DNA from: an uncultured Candidatus Binatia bacterium
GTDB lineage: Bacteria; Desulfobacterota; Binatia; UBA9968; JAJDTQ01
Assembly (NCBI GenBank): GCA_965215605.1
Contig: OZ244070.1
Coordinates: 192,001 to 256,000, forward strand
Direction of reading: 5' to 3'
DNA length: 64,000 nucleotides
In this document: piece after piece, positions 58,145 to 64,000 of the stretch
Position numbering within the stretch: position 1 is the stretch's first letter
Layout of the letters: every line of letters begins with the position of its first letter
Made by a program: the position numbers and the translations under genes
Notes under the pieces: model-generated
What the model was told of the DNA's origin: nothing
What the model saw: only the letters and a program-made list of their open reading frames with translations
The model's database searches: none

Positions 58145-58687
58145 ATGTTCCCGCATCTCACCCGTTTCAATCTCAGGAACTGGATCGACGAGAACCGGGG
58201 CGACTGGGGCCGGCGGAGGGTCATCTGGGAAGACTCGGACTTCATCGTCTTCGTCACCCGAGGCCCCAACACCCGCACCGACTTCCACATCAACCCGGGA
58301 GACGAGATCTTCTACCAGCTCGAGGGCGAGTTGAACCTCCACTACCTGACCCCGGACAACAAGCCGGAGGTAGCGGTGCTCAAGGAGGGCGAGTTGTTCC
58401 TGCTGCCCCGCTTCGTGCCCCATTCGCCGCGCCGGGAGGACGGTTCCTACACCCTGGTGGTGGAACGGGTGCGGCGGCCGGACGAGGACGACCGCTTCGT
58501 CTGGGTATGCCGCAACTGCACCCATCAGCTCTACGAGACCACGGCCCACTTCAACGATCCCGCGGACGCGGTCGCGAAAGCCTACGAGGCCATGGCCGAG
58601 GACGAGGCCCTGCGCCGTTGCGCCCAATGCGGGCAGACCGAACCCGCGGTAAGGAGCGAGGGGCCCGCCTTCGTCTGGAGAGGGTAA
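58145..58687 (+). CDS. nbaC: 3-hydroxyanthranilate 3,4-dioxygenase family
   Basis: GPNTRTDFHINPGDEIFYQLEG, VPHSPRR, rubredoxin-like CRNC and CAQC. Confidence 0.88.
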   Translation: MFPHLTRFNLRNWIDENRGDWGRRRVIWEDSDFIVFVTRGPNTRTDFHINPGDEIFYQLEGELNLHYLTPDNKPEVAVLKEGELFLLPRFVPHSPRREDGSYTLVVERVRRPDEDDRFVWVCRNCTHQLYETTAHFNDPADAVAKAYEAMAEDEALRRCAQCGQTEPAVRSEGPAFVWRG

Positions 58688-58781
58688 CGGCAACGACAGC
58701 AACCGCTCGGGCGCTGTACGGGTTTTGGACAGGCCACCGCGCATCGGGGCAGGGCGTCTGTGGCAGCCCATCATACGGATT

Positions 58782-60005
58782 TCAGTTCGATTCCGGTAAA
58801 TGTGAAAATATTTCTCGCCACTTGGTGCAACGTCGCGCATCACGTTCTTCATAAACACGCAATGCACACCGAGGTTCCAGCGTGAACGTGCTCTCCCTAT
58901 CCTCTCCCAATGCCGTTATGCGCATGGTATACCACGCCGTTACCCCGCCCCGAGGTGGCGATTGGAACGTCGGAAACTCAGGATCACCACCTTCCTCGGT
59001 CAACCAGATCTCCGCGAGTCGCGTATCAAGAACCATGGCACGCGCTAGACCCACGATGTCGACAGCACCGCTGGCCACGGCAGCCACGGCCTGGTCGCGG
59101 CGTTCAAAGCCCCCCGTCAACATCAGCGGCACATCGGTTACCCCTTTGGCGCGTCTGGCAAATTCAAAGAAGTATGGCCCGCCATCCGATGACCCATCGG
59201 AGCTTGACTTCGCTCCGGGGAAATAGGTCCCGCCGCTAATGTCAATCAGATCGATTGAGGTTTGATCCAGAAGGCGAATCACCTCCAAGGCATCAGCCTC
59301 TGTCAATCCACCTTCCAGTCTGTCCGTCGAGTTGATCTTGATCCCGACGGGAAGCGACGGACCAACGGCACGGCGCACTTCGTCGATCACTTCGAGCACT
59401 ATTCGGCATCGTGCCTCGATCGAACCGCCGTAGCCATCGTCCCGGCGGTTGAACAGTGGAGACAGGAACTGACTGAGCAAGAATCCGTGCCCAGCGTGAA
59501 GTTGAACGCCGCTAAATCCTGCGTCTTTTGCGTATGCTGCGGTTCTTGCATACATGGCGGGCAATTCCTGGATGTCTTGAAGTGACATCCCTCCGCATTG
59601 GAGACCTTGGATATTCAGCGCCGATGGACCCTTGGGACGACTAATCGGCAGGTGCGAAAGAGCACCGGCATGACCGAGTTGCGGCCATATATGAGCGCCC
59701 TCAATCGTGGCACGGCTGACCAAGGAATGTATCGCCCGCTGATCGGTATGAGCTCCGAACACCAGATTCCCGGGCTTCTCCGGATAGCGAGGATCACCCT
59801 GTACCTCACCAATGATCGATGCCGCTACTCCGCCTTCCGCCCATCTCTCGTAGAGTCGAATCTGAGCCTCGGTGGGATCACCTTGGCCGTTCCCAAGCGA
59901 ATCCGACATGGCTGACTTTGCCAGTCGATTTTTCAGGATTGCGCCACAAGGAAGTTCCAGGGAGCTTCCAAGTACCTTGTCGGGATTCGAGGTTTCACGC
60001 TCCAA
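58782..60005 (-). CDS. NADH:flavin oxidoreductase (Old Yellow Enzyme family)
   Basis: LKNRLAKSAMS, QLGHAG, GVQLHAGHGFLLSQFLSP.FNRRDDGYGGS, ISGGTY; TTG start inferred. Confidence 0.88.
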   Translation of the reverse strand: MERETSNPDKVLGSSLELPCGAILKNRLAKSAMSDSLGNGQGDPTEAQIRLYERWAEGGVAASIIGEVQGDPRYPEKPGNLVFGAHTDQRAIHSLVSRATIEGAHIWPQLGHAGALSHLPISRPKGPSALNIQGLQCGGMSLQDIQELPAMYARTAAYAKDAGFSGVQLHAGHGFLLSQFLSPLFNRRDDGYGGSIEARCRIVLEVIDEVRRAVGPSLPVGIKINSTDRLEGGLTEADALEVIRLLDQTSIDLIDISGGTYFPGAKSSSDGSSDGGPYFFEFARRAKGVTDVPLMLTGGFERRDQAVAAVASGAVDIVGLARAMVLDTRLAEIWLTEEGGDPEFPTFQSPPRGGVTAWYTMRITALGEDRESTFTLEPRCALRVYEERDARRCTKWREIFSHLPESN

Positions 60006-60990
60006 GGTTCGTTCGCTCAGGCGCTTGCAGCAGCCGGCGGGCATTGCCGCCGAGAACTCCCTCAAACTCGGCCTCCGGCCAGGAGCGATCGCGTAGCGCG
60101 GCGAGGACGCCCTTGCTGCCGCCGGGCACGTGGGGCTCGTCGGTGCCGTAGACGAGGCGGTGGGCGCCGAAGGTGGCGCGGGCGCAGTCGAGAGCCGGAC
60201 CGGAAAAGGTGACGGTGTCATAGTAGCATCGGCGCAGGTACTCGCTCGGCGGACGCAGGCATTTCTCGTAGCGGCGGTAGCCCCGGTCGATGCGGTCCAG
60301 CACCATGCACAGGCCGCCGCCGCAGTGGGACCAGACGATACGGACGTCAGGGCACTCTTCGAGCACGCCGCCAAGGGCCAGCTTGGCAGCCGCCATGGCG
60401 GTCTCGCCAAGGTAGCCCACGGAGAGATACTCGCCCCGGTCGTTGGCCGGGCCGCCCATGGGGAACGTCGGGTGCACCAGCACCAGCAGGTGGCGGCGGT
60501 GGGCCTCGCCCCAGAACTCCCGGAGTTCTGGGGCCTCGAGCGTGTGGCCGCCGACGGTGGTGGTGATGCAGGCGCCGACAGCTCCCAGACCCTTGGCCCG
60601 GTCCAGCTCGTCGACCAGCGCGGCGGTGCTCGTGAAAGGCAGCGCGGCGACGAAACGGAAACGGTCCGGGTGCTCCCGACAGACCGCCGCCAGGCCATCG
60701 TTGACGAGCCGCGCGGTGGCCGGTCCGGTCCAGCCGGTGTCGAGGGCGCCAACGGACAGCACTTCGACCTTGACGCCCGCCTCGTCCATGGTCCGCAGCC
60801 GGCCGGTCACGCCGGCTTCGAAGGGCGCGGACATGGTGTGGCTGCCTCGGCAGGTGAGCGACAGCCCGCGTCCGGACCGGACCAGGGCGAACTCGGACCT
60901 GGCCTTCAGCACCTCGTCGAAGCAGCCGTCCGGATAGACGTGGGCATGCATGTCGACGATGTCGCCGGGTGCAATACGATTGTCTGTCAC
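59995..60990 (-). CDS. Amidohydrolase-2 (ACMSD/6-methylsalicylate decarboxylase-like)
   Basis: VDMHAHVYP, LVHPT, SHCGGGL, YYDTV, YGTDEPH. Confidence 0.85.
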   Translation of the reverse strand: MTDNRIAPGDIVDMHAHVYPDGCFDEVLKARSEFALVRSGRGLSLTCRGSHTMSAPFEAGVTGRLRTMDEAGVKVEVLSVGALDTGWTGPATARLVNDGLAAVCREHPDRFRFVAALPFTSTAALVDELDRAKGLGAVGACITTTVGGHTLEAPELREFWGEAHRRHLLVLVHPTFPMGGPANDRGEYLSVGYLGETAMAAAKLALGGVLEECPDVRIVWSHCGGGLCMVLDRIDRGYRRYEKCLRPPSEYLRRCYYDTVTFSGPALDCARATFGAHRLVYGTDEPHVPGGSKGVLAALRDRSWPEAEFEGVLGGNARRLLQAPERTNLGA

Positions 60991-61077
60991 GGCCGTGTCC
61001 TCACACCGGCCCTCCCCTTCGGTCCAATTCCATTACCCGTCCGAACCAGAGATGACAGGTTTCGGGTATCGGCGCGC

Positions 61078-63381
61078 TCAGCCCTTCTCCGCGGTATCCA
61101 TCAACTCCAGCAGGTAGCCCGGTTTGAGCGGTAGCCGCGTGACCTCCACCCCCAGGGCGTGGGAGACCGCGTTGGCCAAGGCCGCGCCGGCGGCGGTGAT
61201 GCCGCCCTCCCCCGCTCCCTTGACCCCCAATGGGTTGTGGGGCGACGGGAAGTTTTCGGTGGAGATGAACCGGCCCTGGGGTATGTCCATGGCCGTGGGC
61301 ATGAGGTAGTCCATGAAGCTCGTGGCTTGGGGCTGGCCGTCCTGGTCGAAGACGAACTCCTCCAGCAGCGCTCCGCCGATGCCCTGGGCCAGGCCGCCGG
61401 CCATCTGGCCCTCCACGATCATGGGGTTGATCTTGCGACCGATGTCTTCCATCACGAGGTAGTCCAGGATCTCGATCATGCCCGTCTCCCGGTCCACCTC
61501 CACCAGGGCCACATGGACGCCGTAAGGGAACGGCCGCTTGTCGGTGGCGAAGAAGTGCTCCTCCGAGATGCCGGGGGTGAAGCCCCGGGCCAGCGCCGGC
61601 CCTGGCAGCGCCAGCCGGGCCAGCGCGGCGAAGTCCAGGCTCCGCTCCGGCGCGCCCTTGACGCTGATGCGGCCATCCGCCAGCACGAGATCGCCCGCGT
61701 CGATCTCCAACTCCGCCGCGGCCAGCCGCAGGAGCTTGTCCCTGACCTTCCGGCACGCGCCCACGGCGGCGCTGCCGCCCATGACCGTGGAGCGGCTGGC
61801 GTTGCTGCCGTTGCCGTAGGGCACCTTGGCGGTATCGCCGTGCACCACCCGCACGTCATCGATGGACACGCACATCTCGTCGGCGACGATCTGGCTCAGC
61901 GCGGTGGCGATACCCTGTCCCACGGAATTGATGCCGCAGTAGAGCACCACGCCGCCGTTGTTGCCCACCTCCACCCGGGCGTACTCCCAGGGTCCGATGC
62001 CGCTGGTCTCCACGAAGCAGCCGATGCCCACGCCCATGGCCCGGCCTTCGGCCCGGGCCGCCGCGCACCGCCGCTGAAGCTCCTCGTAGTCCATGTGGCG
62101 CAAGGCCGCGTCGAGTTGCCCCGGCAGATCGCCGCTGTCGTACACGTTGTAGTGGTACGGGTTACGGCCGAGGTCGTAGGGCATTTCCTCCGGGCGGATC
62201 ATGTTGCGCCGCCGCAGCTCAGCGGGATCGAGCCCGAGGCGATGAGCCGCCATGTCCAGGAGCCGCTCGCGCACGAAGTTGGCCTCGTAACGGCCCGGGC
62301 TCCGGTAGGTGCCCACCGGAGTCTTGTTGGTGAGCACGCAATGGATCTCGCAGCGGTAGTTCGGAATGCGCAGCGGCCCCTGGAGCATGGCGGATGACGA
62401 CACGACGGGCGTGCCGCCGTGGGTGCGCGTGTAGCCGCCCATGTCGAACAGGATCTCCGCGTCCATGGCCACGATGGCGCCGTCGTTGCGGAGGCCCAGC
62501 CGCACCCGATAGGACTGCTGCCGCGAATGGTTGGTGGCCTTGAGATGCTCCGAGCGGTCCTCGATCCAGCACACGGGCGCGCGGAAGCGCATGGCGGCAA
62601 AGGGGATCAGGAAGTCTTCGGGGTAGAACTCGCCCCGGGCGCCAAAGCCGCCGCCCACCGCCGGCTCGATGAAATGGATCGCGCTCTGGGGCAAGCCGCT
62701 CAACTCCGAGAGGATGCGCCAGTTGGTGTGGGTCATCTTGGTGGGACCCCACACCGTGAGCATGCCGCGGGCCTCGTCGTACTCCGCCACGAGCCCGCGG
62801 GTCTCCAGCGGCACCGCGGCATGACGATTGGTCTCGAAGGTTTCCTCGATGACAAGGTCGCACTCAGCCAACGCGCGCGTCACGTCCCCCCTCTCCACCT
62901 GAAACCCGGCGGGCGCGTTTCCCGGCACCGCTTCATGGAGCCGGGGCGCGTCTGGCGCCATGGCAGCGCGGGCGCCGGTCACCGCGGGCAGCTCTTCGTA
63001 GACCACCTCCACCAACTCCTGCGCGTCCTCGGCCACGTAGCGATCTTGCGCCACCACCACGGCCACGGGCTCACCCACGTAACGCACGCGGTCCGTGGCG
63101 ATGGGCGTCTGCTGCGAGCGCTCCAGGCCGGGCAACTGGCTGGTGCGCATGGGAATGGTCTTGAGGCCGGGCATGTCCGCCGCCGTGAGCACGCCCACGA
63201 CGCCGGGCAGCGCCAAGGCCGCGGAGGCGTCGATGCCGGAAAGCCGGGCGTGGGCGCGGGTGCTCCGGAGGACGGCGGCGTGCACCATCCCCGGCCGCCG
63301 GATGTCGCCGACGTACTTGCCGATGCCCCGGAGCAGCGGCACGTCCTCTATCCGCTTCACGCTGGAGCCGATGTAGGGCAT
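61078..63381 (-). CDS. Xanthine dehydrogenase/CoxL-family molybdopterin-binding subunit
   Basis: VGGGFGAR, GQGIATAL.QI, INPMIVEGQ, GVKGAGEGG; active-site loop TYRSPG (not form-I CODH). Confidence 0.92.
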   Translation of the reverse strand: MPYIGSSVKRIEDVPLLRGIGKYVGDIRRPGMVHAAVLRSTRAHARLSGIDASAALALPGVVGVLTAADMPGLKTIPMRTSQLPGLERSQQTPIATDRVRYVGEPVAVVVAQDRYVAEDAQELVEVVYEELPAVTGARAAMAPDAPRLHEAVPGNAPAGFQVERGDVTRALAECDLVIEETFETNRHAAVPLETRGLVAEYDEARGMLTVWGPTKMTHTNWRILSELSGLPQSAIHFIEPAVGGGFGARGEFYPEDFLIPFAAMRFRAPVCWIEDRSEHLKATNHSRQQSYRVRLGLRNDGAIVAMDAEILFDMGGYTRTHGGTPVVSSSAMLQGPLRIPNYRCEIHCVLTNKTPVGTYRSPGRYEANFVRERLLDMAAHRLGLDPAELRRRNMIRPEEMPYDLGRNPYHYNVYDSGDLPGQLDAALRHMDYEELQRRCAAARAEGRAMGVGIGCFVETSGIGPWEYARVEVGNNGGVVLYCGINSVGQGIATALSQIVADEMCVSIDDVRVVHGDTAKVPYGNGSNASRSTVMGGSAAVGACRKVRDKLLRLAAAELEIDAGDLVLADGRISVKGAPERSLDFAALARLALPGPALARGFTPGISEEHFFATDKRPFPYGVHVALVEVDRETGMIEILDYLVMEDIGRKINPMIVEGQMAGGLAQGIGGALLEEFVFDQDGQPQATSFMDYLMPTAMDIPQGRFISTENFPSPHNPLGVKGAGEGGITAAGAALANAVSHALGVEVTRLPLKPGYLLELMDTAEKG

Positions 63382-63390
63382 GGGCGTTCT

Positions 63391-63900
63391 TCAGTCCTTT
63401 CGAGGCGCGGAGGCGGCCGCCTTCCCCTCCGACATCAGTTCCGCGGCCTCGCGAATCGCCGTCACGATGTTCCTGTAGCCGGTGCAGCGGCACAGGTTGC
63501 CGCTGATCCACTCACGGATCTCGGTGTCGTCGGGAGCGGGGTTCTCCCGCAGCAGCGCCCGGGCGGTGAGCAGGATGCCGGGCGTGCAGAAGCCGCACTG
63601 GAGGCCGTGCCGTTCCTGGAACTTCTCCTGCAGCGGATGCAGCGTGTCCGCGTCCGGCGCCAACCCCTCCACGGTGTCGATCTCGGCGCCGTCGGCCTGC
63701 ACCGCGAACATCAGGCAGGAACGCACCGGATCGCCGTTGAGCAGCACCGTACAGGCGCCGCACACGCCGTGCTCGCAGCCTACGTGGGTGCCGGTGAGGG
63801 CCAGGTCGTCGCGGATGAAGTCGCTCAAGAGCTTCCGCGGCTCCGTCTCCCCGTGCCGCTCGACCCCGTTGATCCGTACCGTGATGTTGCGCGTGCTCAT
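63391..63900 (-). CDS. (2Fe-2S)-binding subunit (CoxS-like)
   Basis: GCEHGVCGACTV, QCGFCTPG, NLCRCTGY. Confidence 0.93.
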   Translation of the reverse strand: MSTRNITVRINGVERHGETEPRKLLSDFIRDDLALTGTHVGCEHGVCGACTVLLNGDPVRSCLMFAVQADGAEIDTVEGLAPDADTLHPLQEKFQERHGLQCGFCTPGILLTARALLRENPAPDDTEIREWISGNLCRCTGYRNIVTAIREAAELMSEGKAAASAPRKD

Positions 63901-63998
63901 GGGGAGTCCTTCATGGCCGTCGCGGCCCTTTGGGCGGCCTCGGCCAAGGCCCGCCGGGCCAGGGCCTCGCACGCGCGACGGCGGTAGCCGGCGCTCGC
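63897..63998 (-). CDS. FAD-binding (CoxM-like) subunit, C-terminal fragment (truncated by window edge)
   Basis: ASAGYRRRACEALARRAL; stop overlaps the CoxS-like ATG (ATGA). Confidence 0.7.
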   Translation of the reverse strand, partial: ASAGYRRRACEALARRALAEAAQRAATAMKDSP

Positions 63999-64000
63999 GT

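Noticed and set aside
58782-60752. 656-aa fusion ORF in the track
   Set aside because: The N-terminal ~250 aa is an alternative frame of the amidohydrolase; only the OYE part from about 60005 is credible.
61078-63381. Aerobic CO dehydrogenase (form I coxL)
   Set aside because: Active-site loop reads TYRSPG, not AYxCSFR.

Overview
High-GC bacterial window with about 60 genes and no rRNA, tRNA, CRISPR array or transposase that I could recognise. Most of it is redox and catabolic 'accessory metabolism': an Fe-S/iron/O2 operon, tandem SDRs, ABC and TRAP transporters, three hydantoinase-B and two hydantoinase-A genes, amidohydrolases, a 3-hydroxyanthranilate dioxygenase and a Mo-hydroxylase. It also carries ettA, msrB and a yefM-yoeB toxin-antitoxin pair. 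The stand-out region is 42525-53944, an NHLP (nitrile-hydratase-like leader, proteusin-type) RiPP cluster. It holds two 86-aa precursors with very short, C-terminal-Trp cores (GG|IGDIHTW and GG|SWSALW), two different flavin-dependent halogenases, two CmcJ/NvfI-like Fe(II)/2OG-type oxidases and the C39-peptidase/ABC exporter pair. It also holds two elements missing from the ORF track: a 56-aa N-terminus-only HlyD-like ORF and an internally deleted third precursor copy. There is no YcaO, LanM or radical SAM gene in the cluster, so the predicted chemistry is halogenation plus 2OG-dependent oxidation of short Trp peptides, a combination I do not recognise from characterised RiPP pathways. All family calls come from motif recognition by eye; no database searches were run.
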